Below, in pieces: positions 26,042 through 38,616 of a stretch of 64,000 nt of DNA (its first letter is position 1; each line of letters opens with the position of its first letter). Source of the DNA: Octopus vulgaris (lineage: Eukaryota); NCBI GenBank assembly GCA_951406725.2, contig OX597822.1:72540001-72604000 (forward strand). Direction: 5' to 3'. A program made the position numbers and the translations under genes. The notes below the pieces were generated by a model that searched no databases, was not told where the DNA came from, and worked only from the letters and a program-made list of their open reading frames with translations.

Positions 26042-26459
26042 TTAGATGAGGAGGGGGAGAGAGTTGAGACCAAATGGCGTATAAGAGCGAAGAGAGAAGA
26101 TTAATTCTTGTTCACGGCGCAAACGGGAATCCGGATGGCCTCTGTGTAAGGACAAACCGAACACAGATAGGTGTTGCAAGGAGTGACCGGTGGAGCGGAA
26201 ATGGCGTGAGACCGGTGTGTCGTTCGCAAGGTGGATGTCACGAAGGTGTTCCGCGAACCGAGCGGCGTCCCGTTTGTCCGATGTACAAGGAATTGCAGAG
26301 AGAGCAAGAGATGCAATAGATAATATTGCTGGAGGTGCAGGTGAAGGAGTGGATGATGGGATAGGGTCGATGGTGGGTGCTAGTGAGGCGGGTGGTGTTG
26401 GAGAGGTAAGGGCAAGTGCGGCAACGTGGGCGGGAGCAGGGGAACGAGCCGGGTTGGGA
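26042..26459 (-). pseudogene. PLE Cys-rich linker plus GIY-YIG endonuclease remnant (one frameshift)
   Basis: Manual translation: PGSFPCSRPRCRTCPY...FTCTSSNIIYCISCSLCNSLYIGQTGRR / RFAEHLRDI...EQELIFSLRSYTPFGLN...stop. Confidence 0.9.
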
Positions 26460-26533
26460 TATATATATATATATATAACATTATTGGTGAATTGAAGAAA
26501 TGGAGCTGAACGCAGATTGAACAGAAATCGTTT

Positions 26534-26627
26534 TATTTCATTCTACACGTGTTTCGAAAGGCACAAATTACCAAAATCCGATTGAATAATGGGACCATAT
26601 TGTGTCTTTCTCTTCAGGAAGAAAATA
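26534..26627 (-). ncRNA. Mirror copy of the type I hammerhead in the left palindrome arm
   Basis: Reverse complement of 26888-26981. Confidence 0.85.
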
Positions 26628-26887
26628 GGAAATCCGTTGGAAAAACAAAAACAGAACAGAGGCGGAGCAAAAACAAATCGAACTATGCTCCTAAGAGCCC
26701 ATGGCGAAACTGTTTATCAGTGTATGTTGAGAACCGGTGGCTGAAGAATTAACGGGTCAGCCATTAATTCTTCAGCCACCGGTTCTCAACATACACTGAT
26801 AAACAGTTTCGCCATGGGCTCTTAGGAGCATAGTTCGATTTGTTTTGCTCCGCCTCTGTTCTGTTTTTGTTTTTCCAACGGATTTCC

Positions 26888-26981
26888 TATTTTCTTCCTG
26901 AAGAGAAAGACACAATATGGTCCCATTATTCAATCGGATTTTGGTAATTTGTGCCTTTCGAAACACGTGTAGAATGAAATA
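26888..26981 (+). ncRNA. Type I hammerhead ribozyme with palindromic loop III
   Basis: Stem I UAUUUUCUUC/GAAUGAAAUA; CUGAAGA (26898-26904); stem II GAAAGACACAA/UUGUGCCUUUC; GAAAC-ACGU-GUA with cleavage predicted after 26971. Confidence 0.88.
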
Positions 26982-28864
26982 AAACGATTTCTGTTCAATC
27001 TGCGTTCAGCTCCATTTCTTCAATTCACCAATAATGTTTTAATTTCAATTATCCGCACCAACGCACGGTTGCAACACCATATGGTTGTACCTCCAACCGT
27101 GCTGTTTACTGCTGTGATGTTTGCTACTAAGGTATCGGTTAAACTTTTGATTAATCTACTACAAGATTATTCATCTTTCTATTTCACATAATATTATATA
27201 TATATATATATATATACATATATATATGTATTTATGTGTGTGTGTGTGTGTCTGTGTATGTTCTCCACCCCCCTGCTATCGCGTGACAATCGATGCTGGT
27301 GTGTTTATGTCCCCCGTAACTTAGCAGTCCGGCGAAAGGATCCGATACAAAGTACTAGGTTTACAAGAAATAAGTCCTGTGTTCGATTTATTTGACTAAA
27401 ACCCTTTAAGGCATGACCGCACTCAAAGTGCATGACCGCACTCAAAAAACTGAAACATGTAAGAGAATAAAAGAATGAATATATATATAATTTCGACTAG
27501 AATAACGTAAAAAGTATATATTTAAATATTGCACAGGAAATATGCATTCTGTCGCATTCATATTTCGCAGTGTTTATAACATTTTCTCTCTAAACATGAA
27601 AAGGGTCACACACAGACAGACACAAACCCTCTATTTCTCTCTCTCATAAACACGGATCATACATATGAAAAATAATAACATGCGTATGGGTATAGGAAAG
27701 TATGGTGCTAATGTTTAAGTTAATGTGCATGTTAGTGTATAAGGGAAATGTTATGTATGTAAAAGTTGATCTAACAATATGTATTTATATTTTTCGATGG
27801 CGTAAGCTCATTTAACAACTACAAAGTTATTAAGATCGTAAACCACTAAGATTAGACTAGCATTTTTATGCCAGGATGCCAAGTATAATTATTTCCTGTT
27901 GCGTGAGGGAAAATTTATTGCTTTACCATATTATCAATGGGAACGTCTCCATAAATTTATACTGTCTACAGTTATTGATGTGTTCTTCAATTGTTTCAGT
28001 TTTTCTTTGGTATTTAGATTTTTGCCTCATTAAATGATTAGTTTCCATGCCTACCCTCACCTATAATCATAAATGTTGAGTAATGCCTAAAAGAGCACTT
28101 TCGTGAATACAGGCACTCTAAATGGGTTACTCCAAAGGATCCTTGAAGTAACATTACTAGACAGGATCCGTACTCGGAGATTAGCGAGTTTCTTAGGAGA
28201 AACCGCTATTTCTCCGCAATGAGAGGGAACAGCTCTGGTATTACAGAAACATAATTAGAATGATACTTGAAAGATCGCAAGACAGATTATTGAATCTGAA
28301 CCTTTCGACCAAGAACAACGTAGTTAGATAATATCCATTGTCTCTCTTGATCAGGTTTTCGAATACATTAGGAAATTGTAACGACAGTTGCTTCTGATAG
28401 AACCCTATAGATAAGATGTCTGAGGAGACTACGTCTTTGACCCTCCTAGGAATAGAAGGTAGTGACAATGGATGGATAGATAGATGCTTAGTTTTACACC
28501 AAAGTGTACATTTTACCTAAAATTAGATCGATACTTAACAGAGACATATAACGAGACGGCACACCAAATCCGACCCATGAAATTTTGTATCTCGCTTATG
28601 GAAACTTGGTGAGTTAAATATATTCCTACATTTGAAAAATCCTTATGTTCTACATGTGAGTTGAGGTGCTACAGTTAGCTGCGATTTCATTCTTTAATCG
28701 AACATCTGAAAACCTGAAGAAAGGACATTTCTGAATAAATACATAGTTTGCGTTACTACTATACAGCCTTAAATGCATCAATGGCTAAGTGGGACTATCT
28801 TTTGTATCTTTTCGTGCGAGAAAAAAACCCAATAGAAATTAGTACTCCTGCGAGTATTATATTG

Positions 28865-29415
28865 TTTACTTGTTTCAGTCGCTTTCGACCATCGTTATGT
28901 GGCACAAGCTTGAAGGGTGTAGTTGAATCAATCGATTCCATTGCACTTTTAAAAGCTGGTAATTATTAATTTGGCTATTGTTTGCTGAACAGCTAGGCTA
29001 CGGCTATGTAAACGTACCAACACCGGTTTTTTTTTTGGTATTTAGATTTTTGCCTCATTAAATGATTAGTTTCCATTCCTACCCTCACCTATAATCATAA
29101 ATGTTGAGTAATGAGCGCTATCGTGAATACATGCACTCTAAATGGGTTACTCCAAAGGATCCTTGAAGTAACATTACTAGACAGGATGCGTACTCGGAGA
29201 TTAGCGAGTCTCTTCAGGTAAAGCCGCTAAACGGGAACAAACACATACTCAGAAACATAGCGGACTTCTTTCAGTTTCCATCGACTAAATCTACTCACGG
29301 GGCTTTCTTCGGCTCGGGGCTATAGGAGAAAACACTTGCCAAGTTGCCACGCAGAGGGAGTGAATCTCGAACCATGTGGTTGAGAAACAAACTGGTAACC
29401 ACACGGCAACGCAAG
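28865..29415 (-). mobile_element. Old SINE family A copy interrupted by a ~200-bp local duplication
   Basis: SINE halves flank 29026-29229, which matches 27999-28208. Confidence 0.7.
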
Positions 29416-30077
29416 CGTGTGTGTGTGTGGAGGGCGGTTGTGTCATGTATGAGTGATTGTGTATTTGTGTGCCTGTGTGTGTGTGTGTGTGTTTGACTAG
29501 CTTGTAGTCAAAATTAAAAGTTTCGACGACAGTATATTTATTTAGGAAGGATGCGGAATAAACAATGACAAACAAAACGTTAACATTCTGGAGATGGACC
29601 TCAATTTCTTCAGAGACATTGGAACAATGTAACGGAATAAGCTTAAGCTCCAATACATATTCCCTGACTCCCTTTTATTCAACGAAAGTATTATTGGTAA
29701 CAATAGCAAAGTTTTGTAACCTCACAAGTGACACTTCCTGTTTTAAAACATTACATACGCTTTCTATAACAATAACAAAAGAGAAGAAAGAGGTTTCAAA
29801 TGAATGACAATAGATAACGGATGATATTAACGTTCAACTATACTTTGGACAGAAGAAATTGTTTGCATTACAAATGTTTGTTTACAAGGCTGATGACGAT
29901 TATACAAAACCGAAAACCAAATAAAGAGGGCATTTTTCTCTTTTTTTATTTTTTTTCATTTAACAACTTGACATAGTTTGAAAAAGCTTTAACAGATTCA
30001 GTGACAGCCAATAAATTTTGTTTGTTTGTTCGCAAGAGTGTAATTTCAATTGTATTGTCGTTATTATTATGACACGT

Positions 30078-30632
30078 GTACGACGGATCCGGCTATCGCC
30101 CGAGTCCATTTTGGAGATCGCCCCGCTTCTTTCCTTCGGTCGGGAAGGGAGGCCAAGTTATTTTTGCTCTGTCTAGTGGCTTTGGTAAAAGAAGTTGTGT
30201 GGTGGACCCGATTGAAAGGGTTGAAGGCGTGTACCTTCCTCTTTGGACAAGACCTCATTGACTTTTTCAGGTTCCACCTGAAAACAAAAGTGAGGCTGGA
30301 GAGGGAAATACTGTCACCCAGTATGTTCGTTGAAAGGTGGGTGAATGTGGAAAGAATGGCCTGCATGAATGGGCCTGTTCTAAGTGAGCGCCTCTAGGCT
30401 GGATGGAAAGGAGAAGAGAGTATGCCTTCCTGAGGCGCCCTTGGTTTTTAGGGGTCCAAAGTGCATGAGGTCTCTTTGGTCACCTTACAGTGGAACTAGC
30501 CCCTACTGGGGAAGCATATTGTTAATCTTTGTTAATCGTGGTTGTTGGCTGTTTACACGTTTAACCTCAATATCCCTCGCCTGTGTATCGTCCTCTGTTT
30601 TGTGTTCGGCCCTGGTGGCAAATAAAGAAAGA
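30078..30632 (+). mobile_element. Tx1/L1-like LINE 3' end (ORF2 C-terminus plus 3' UTR) before a (TTA/TTG)n tract
   Basis: LVALVKEVVWWTRLK...FFRFHLKTKVRLER...FVERW peptide resembles Tx1-type ORF2 C-termini; 3' UTR ends AATAAAGAAAGA. Confidence 0.6.
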
Positions 30633-31789
30633 GTTATTGTAATTAATTTTATTATTATTATTGTTGTTATTATTATTATTATCATCACTATTATTATTGT
30701 TGTTGTTGTTGTTGATGTTGTTGTTATGATCTTTTGCAGTGGGCGTCATGTCAGCTCCTAAAGGTTTCTTGAATTTTATTAAAAACTTGCAAATTTTTGT
30801 TAAAAGAGCCCCTGCTTCACTGAGTGAAGAAGAGACTGCAGAAGTTTAATCTAGGAGGCAGAATTATGTGGTAAGTAGCACCTCCCATGAGTCTCAGCGG
30901 CAAATGAACAAAGAAAAGGCCTGATGCCATATCTTAGAGCATATTTTATCAGAGCACATTTCACGTCAGCGAGAATTGAATCGAGAGATTTGTAACAAGG
31001 TATGATTAAGGTAAGCGCAAAGAGAAAAAATAGGAAATAATAATAAATACTAGAGGAAAGGAATGAAATTACTCCAAGAAATGGAGTTACGTTTTATATG
31101 ACGAACGATGAATTTGAAGTTAATATGGAAAGAATGAGAATTGTTAATGAAATATCGGGGTAAAAGTGACCAATGATGAATGACAAGATTATTTTGCAAA
31201 ATCCCGAATGAAAAAAAAAAACAGACTAGAAGATAAAACCGGGAAGAATAGACAAAATTTCCAAGAAACTATCAAAGGATGATGAAGGAAATGGCAAGTT
31301 GTCGTTACCGGATAGGAAAAGTGGTGAGCTAACAGAATCTTTTCCACGCAGGACGAAATGCTTAGCGGCATTTCTTTATGTTTTCAGTCCGCTAAGGCCG
31401 ACTTTGCCCTTTATCCTTTTGGGTTTGATAAAATAAGTAGGAAGTGATCACTGCGGCCCAGGTAGTCGACTTGTCATGTGTATATAGCTTGAAAGATTAT
31501 AATAAAAGATTATTCCCACAGAGTATGAAGGATTATTCCCACCGAGTGAGAAGGTGTTTATGTCTTACATTGTACATCAAAGTGGCATGTGCAATTTTCA
31601 CGTGTATTCCTACTAATAATAATAACTCTTTCTACAATATGCACAAGGCCAGCAATTTCGGAGGAGAGGGCTATTCATACATCGACAACACTTCTCAACT
31701 GGTACTTCAGCGGAAGGATACATATATTGAGACAAGTGGATAAAGCGGCAAGTTGTATAACCATGAAAATTATGTGAGAATCTTAGGAG

Positions 31790-32007
31790 ATAATGGCTTC
31801 AAATTTTGCCTCAAGGGCAGCAGTTTTGGGAGAGGGTATGAGTCGATTGCATCGACCCACGTGTTCAACTGGAACTTATTTTATCGATCCCGAAACAATG
31901 AAGGGCAAAGTCGACCTCGGCGGAATTTGAACTGAGAAGGAGCGACGGGCGAAATACTGGTAAACATTTCGTCCAGCATTCTAACGATTCTGCCAGCTCG
32001 CCGCCTT
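31790..32007 (-). mobile_element. SINE family B, full length
   Basis: GGCGGCGAGCTGGCAGAATCG head and Nin/Deu-like domain. Confidence 0.85.
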
Positions 32008-32479
32008 GAGGGTTCTTAAGAGATAATATTTACATCTGTAACTTGGTCACAGGCCAAACCGCTACAGCCACTCAGTGTATTAAATACTGACATCTCTTGA
32101 GTAATTTCCAAATGTTTACGCGTTTTAAAAATTCTAATTCATTAAAAATTTATAGATAAGAATTGCTATTGGAATTACGAATAAGTAGCAACTTTACACC
32201 CGGTCGATATCACGATTAGTTCTTAACTATTTACCGAAATAATATATTATAGCACGCTTCTCACCTTCAACCTGCACCAATGTTTTTTTTACTGTATACA
32301 TGCATACACACACGAAACACATACATATATGTGTATATGTATCTATAAATGCACGTATATATGTAACGATCAGTAATCGTTGCGATTGCAATCCTACTAT
32401 ATATATAATGATATATATAAGAATCTGTATATATATACTATATATGTTTATATATTATATATGTGAGTGTGTGTGTGTA

Positions 32480-32812
32480 TTTCAGTTATTTGACTGTGGC
32501 CATGCTGGAGCATCGCCTTTAGTAGAACAAATCGACCCCAGGACTTATTCTTTATAAGCCTAGTACTTATTCTATCGTTCTCTTAGGCCGAACCTTTAAA
32601 TTACGGGGACGTAAATACACCAACATCGGTTGTCAAGTGATGGTGGCGGGAGAAACACAGACACACACATATTTTTATATATACGACGGGCTTCTTTGTT
32701 TCCATTTACCAAATCGACCCACAAAGCTTTGGTCGGCCCAAGGCTAGAGTAGAAGGCACTTGCCCAAAGTGACACACAGTGGGATAGACCCCGGGACCAT
32801 GTGGTTGGGAAA
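32480..32812 (-). mobile_element. SINE family A
   Basis: Colinear with 3162-3572. Confidence 0.8.
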
Positions 32813-33041
32813 CAGCAGCCAAATTAGAAGTAAAAAAAAAAAATAGAAATATTCTCCCATGACCCTTAATTCACCTGGTGATGAAGGATCTTAACTTCCA
32901 TTTCACGTCCTGTCGTGAATCTATTTCCATTAGGACAGGTACTTTACTAGATTTCTTTAAATCTATATATGCAGAAATTCACACACACACACAAACACAT
33001 ATATAAACGCACACACGCACTAACACACACAGACACACACA

Positions 33042-33087
<46 letters not shown>

Positions 33088-34261
33088 CACACGCAAACAT
33101 TAGTGGCAGTCAGAACCCAAAAGATGACTAATAACCAGCAATGAAACAGGCCTGAAACAGCCAATTAGCCTTCAAGCCGTTAGAAAATCAAGGGAAGAAA
33201 TATTCTAACGAGAAACCAAGCAAAGAACATAAATCTATCGACATGAGATGTAGAGGAATTAATATGTTATCTCATATGGAAGGAAGAAAGAAGAGGTGAA
33301 AGAAAAGATGAAAGGGAGGCAGAAGTGATGAAAATTAATAAGAAAAAAGAAATGGAAAAGAATTTCAAGAACAAGAAATGAGGAGAAGAAAGGGAAGGAG
33401 AAACAGGAGAAAGAAGAGGACTTAGTGAACCTAGGAGGAGATTCTGAAGATGAAGGCTCGTCAAAAGAAGAACCATAGAGTTATTTAGAGAATATAATGG
33501 AAGATTGTGAACGTGGGTTCACAAAGCAGGGCAATTTTAAAAACCGGCTTTTAATCTCAATCACGGTGAGGAAGAACACCAATAGAGGCACGGCCATAGT
33601 ATTAAATACACAGGAGATCATAGCGCTTGTAAAGACGGGGACCATATCGGTTCCAATATACATCTCACGATGCACTTGGACATATTACCAGCGATGTCTC
33701 TGGTTTCTGGGTGATTCAAGCGGTTTCGGATCTTTCAGTATCAGGTGTTATTGCCCGGTTGACACAGTAGGAGTTGATCACATCTCAGGTTTTTTTTTTC
33801 TAAGTAACAGCAAACCACCGGTGTGCTGAATTTATACAAAGCCACCTTGTGGTCTTCTTTGCTGCATCAGAAATGAAATCTACGACACCTTCTTCGTTGC
33901 TGCACCAGCAAAGAAACATATTCACGAACTTTGAATAGTGAACGAAATTTCATAACAGCACACGTAATCATTCAAAATAAGGCTTTGCTAAACTTTTACT
34001 ACAACACAGAGATCGACGAATAGAAGTCAAAGAAACAAGAATATTCGAGATAAAAATATGAATTTCATTAGAATTTCTGTAATGATTAATGGAAAGACAG
34101 GAGGGGCTCTTTTTCAGAGTTGAAAGTAACCGACCAGCGAGAACTCCAGTTAATCAATAAATACTTCTATGTTGTAATAATTTTTTCCCTTCGTTCATCC
34201 ACTCGCATCCATATAAATTCATATATACATACATGCATACATACAACTCATGCGTGTTAAT

Positions 34262-35129
<868 letters not shown>

Positions 35130-35130
<1 letters not shown>

Positions 35131-35364
35131 CTCTCCATATAAATGGCAGTTTGTCTGTGCGTGTTTCTGTGTGTCTGTTTGCTTGTACCCTCACCCTGAC
35201 CACGGCTTTCAACCGATTCTGATGAAACTTGACACACACATAGCCCAATGTCATAATTCAAAACTAACGCAGCGAAAAATTTGAAAAGTTCCCCCAGTTC
35301 TGAAAAAATCGATAAATTCGACATGGGGTCGAGAATCAGGAATACGAACCACAAACTGTCTAGG

Positions 35365-35370
<6 letters not shown>
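35130..35370 (+). mobile_element. Non-autonomous Helitron-like 5' fragment
   Basis: TC start, GTCTGT-rich tract and CCGATTCTGATGAAACTTG, typical of non-autonomous Helitron ends. Confidence 0.45.
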
Positions 35371-35406
<36 letters not shown>

Positions 35407-35410
35407 TAGG

Positions 35411-35502
35411 TGGAGGCGCAATGGCCCAGAGGTTGGGGCAGCGGACTTGCGGTCGTAGGATCGTGGTTTCGATTCCCAGATCGGGCGTTGTGAGTGTTTA
35501 TT
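35411..35502 (+). mobile_element. tRNA-derived head of SINE family C
   Basis: A-box-like TGGCCCAGAGG and B-box-like GGTTTCGATTCC; ends GTGTTTATT, matching the start of the 3885-4125 element. Confidence 0.6.
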
Positions 35503-35569
35503 ATATGAAATAGGTAAAATTAATAATGTAAGGAAATGGAGAGTTGAGGGTGTGTAGTTAATTCATGTG

Positions 35570-36045
35570 CAGTGTAGTTTGTTAAGATATAAACACATAT
35601 AAATTTTTAAGAAACACAATAAAAGCCTCAAAAAACTTACATATGTTCAGATTCTGGCTCCTCGGTAATGCATAATTCAAAGCATTTCGGGTTAAATCCC
35701 ATGTTAAAAATTTAAGCTGTAAGGGGTCGTATCTCACCAGGGTTTTTGTTTTAACGATATCGAAGGTAACATCTACCTTTGAGGAATTTATATCCTCAAC
35801 TAAAGAAGTCTTTTAGTTGGGGATTTGAATTCATTCAAAGAAGATGTAACCTTAGATATTGTTAAAACAAAAAGGCCTGAAGAGATTCTACCCCTTACAG
35901 CTTAATTTTGTAACACTGGATATAACTCAAGATGTTCTGAATTATGCATCACCAAGGGGGCAAGAATCGAAATATATGTAGGTTTTCTATTGTGTTTTTT
36001 TTAAAAATTTATTTGTATATATATGTTAACAACAAACTATAATGC
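35570..36045. mobile_element. Old diverged PLE fold-back palindrome with hammerhead remnants
   Basis: Imperfect inverted arms centred near 35806. The + arm has CTGAAGA-GATTCT...AGAATC-GAAA-TATAT-GTA-GGTTTT (35871-35986). Confidence 0.7.
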
Positions 36046-36559
36046 AAATAAACTTCACACATGTGAAATTTTGTTGTAATAATTACTGCTCTATTCTTTA
36101 GAGTGGTCTTCTTTCTGATATATGTTTTTTAACTATATACAAACATACATACATATGTATATATACATGTGTGTGCGTGCGTGTGTGGTGTGTATCTTAA
36201 TGAACACAGTATAGGCTTTTATGAGCTACTAACAATTCCATGAGAGGAAAACAGCTTAGACAGCATTTTACATCACATCTGATGCCTTCATCCAATCTTG
36301 AAGCTATATTCGCATAGTATATACACTATAAAACAGGACGATACAAAAATAGAATTAGCGAAAAAAGACAAGAATAAGGTAGAAGGAAAAGTGTTGCTAG
36401 GTTGAAAATATCTGGAAATCGAAAGGAAAAGGTAAAAAGTAAAAGAACAAAGAAAAAAGTTGAAGAATTATAGTTTATGTTTCCTTTGACCGTAAACAAT
36501 AATAAGGTTGCATGGATAGATAGATGTCCAGTGTGCAGTGCAGCTATTCAATTCGGAGA

Positions 36560-37062
36560 CAGTGGTATTTTAAAATTTGCCAACAAGAATTTATCTATAT
36601 CTTTACATCCACTAAAAGTCTCAGATCTGGAATTCAGCCATGTAGGATTTGCTATTTGGATTTGGGGTATTTCAGCTACGCTTTGATATCTGTTAAGATA
36701 TGGTATGGAGTTTCCAACAATTTTTCACTGGATCGTAACTTGTGTGGTGTTAAGCTTCAAACCTCATTCGACGTCAGCCAAATTTTTGGCTTTACTTTTG
36801 TCCCTGTGCAGGAAGGGAGATAACCCGATGTAACTGTTATTTTCCATTAGGCTATAATCTAGCCGTAAATTCTGCGTCATATATGACGATTTAATCATGC
36901 ACCCCTGGTTAAGTGGAGAAGTACCTGGGTATCGACTGTTACAATTGGGAGTAAGCTCTTGGTGGTGTTTGCGTGTAATGATATTCTTCATATTGGGGCT
37001 ACAGCTATAAGATAATTTAACCGGGCGCCTGTTGAATGTTTTTCTGTACCTGATTTACGAGA
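36560..37062 (-). pseudogene. Decayed PLE GIY-YIG endonuclease region (different lineage from 26042-26459)
   Basis: FNRRPVKLSYSCSPNMKNII, CNSR...PL..GC, SYIG and WLNSRSETFSGC....KFLLANF across frameshifts. A pLTR-like segment follows at ~36197-36300. Confidence 0.75.
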
Positions 37063-37897
37063 AAATATTAATATAATAGAGACAGATAAATGTTGATAGA
37101 ACATATAGTGAAAAGACGGGAGGTGAAGCAAATAATTTTCTTAGGTCGATTTTTTATACTTATATTATTACTTGAAGGGTTGTAAAATAATTTATCTATC
37201 TATTTGTCGGTATCTGTCTATATCTATCTAGAACTATGTGTTCGATGTGAACCCCTAAACCACATCATAAAATATTTAGAGATGGCCTATATTTCATTTC
37301 ATCCCTTTGATTAAAAAAATATTAATTATAATGAACAATATATTTTCATTATATGGCGTTATGAAATAACAATCACGTTATCTGCATCATATAATTGTTT
37401 GATTTCTTCTCTCTGTGAAAGAATTGGGAACAATAGATATAAGTTTAAAAGAAAACTTTATCAAAAAGTAAAGGACCAAAGTGGTACAAATCAACATGAA
37501 TAAGAAAAGAGAAGAAACAATAGATTCAAAGACTACAAGAAATGTGTTCAATGAAAAAAATAGCAGACAGTCAAGCACTGATTTTCGATAAGACAGGTCA
37601 AATAAGAACATTTCTATTAAATACCGTTAGAGATAAAATTAAAATATAATTAATTCAAAAAATATAAATACATTTAAGGAGGGAATTCAGAGACTGAAAT
37701 AAAAACTAATTTGCTATTTTGACAGTTAATTGTATGTATAAAACTGAAAATTAGTAATCTACACAAGCACACGCACGCATATTTACACATATGCTTATAA
37801 ACATACACTTACACAAATGCACATACATACACCAATACATGAATACATGAAACACAGGGATACAACCTAAGTCTCTTCATATGATATATACATACAT

Positions 37898-37933
<36 letters not shown>

Positions 37934-37968
37934 CTATATCTATATATATATTATATATGTACGTTTAT

Positions 37969-38455
37969 ATATTTTTTGTGCAAGATTTTTTAAGTGAAGT
38001 CGTGTGTTGAAACAGATATTGTTATATTTCGGAATGGTCATTTTGCCAGTTTAGCCAATAAAATCACACGCACTATATATTTGGTGTTACTTTGCTTCAG
38101 TGTTTTTCTCAGTTATGCTTGTTGCTGGCCTCTCAAAACGTTCGCTAATATCGACATTTTTTGACCATCTTGGAAATATCTGAACCTCCCGTACCCTTGT
38201 GTGCGGCTCATACACTCTTCTCCATACACTATCTCTAACTTTGCGTAAGTCTCTGAGCAAGTATCGCCATGACATCTTTCTCTATCATAGTCAATGTGAC
38301 GATCGATCACACGCTACACACCTTCTTTCCAAGCATTGCTGTAAACGATTAATGTAAAAAATAAATAACACTGAAGCAAAGTAACACCAAATATATAGTG
38401 CGTGTGATTTTATTGGCTAAACTGGCAAAATAACCATTCCGAAATATAACAATAT
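37969..38455. mobile_element. PLE-end-like 89-bp inverted repeats enclosing an inverted copy of neighbouring DNA
   Basis: Arms 38016-38104 and 38367-38455 with one mismatch seen; a 42-bp piece of the same arm recurs inside (TA)n at ~48716-48757. Confidence 0.7.
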
Positions 38456-38616
38456 ATATTATCAATATATATATATATATATATTCACACAGCAGCTATT
38501 ATATACGTTTCTCTGCTTGTGGAGGGATTAAAACTTGACGAATTCTCTATCCTTCTCTCTCTCTCTCTCATACACACACTCCATCAATGTTTCACACACA
38601 CACATATTTATATTTA

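Larger units (their letters stand above)
25091..26460 (-). mobile_element. 5'-truncated Penelope-like retroelement (Neptune-like) inserted in (TA)n
   Basis: GIY-YIG ORF end, then a C/T-rich and CATACTAATA-repeat 3' region, then a pseudo-LTR with hammerhead; (TA)n on both flanks. Confidence 0.88.
26477..27195 (+). mobile_element. PLE-derived 562-bp near-perfect palindrome (26477-27038) plus unpaired tail, in (TA)n
   Basis: Arms 26477-26752 and 26764-27038 with one indel seen; 11-nt spacer; an HHR in each arm. Confidence 0.88.

Noticed and set aside
25720-26073. Pro/Leu/Ser-rich or Glu/Gly/Arg-rich ORFs
   Set aside because: Low-complexity purine tract in the PLE 3' region.
26549-26966. Two nearly identical ORFs on opposite strands (MFRKAQITK...)
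   Set aside because: A by-product of the palindrome; no recognisable protein features.
33150-33830. Possible third GIY-YIG remnant (EMYIG, minus strand) with purine-rich flank
   Set aside because: Only one short motif is recognisable; insufficient.
35411-35485. tRNA gene
   Set aside because: A/B boxes are present but I see no clean acceptor stem, and it continues into SINE body sequence; treated as a SINE head.
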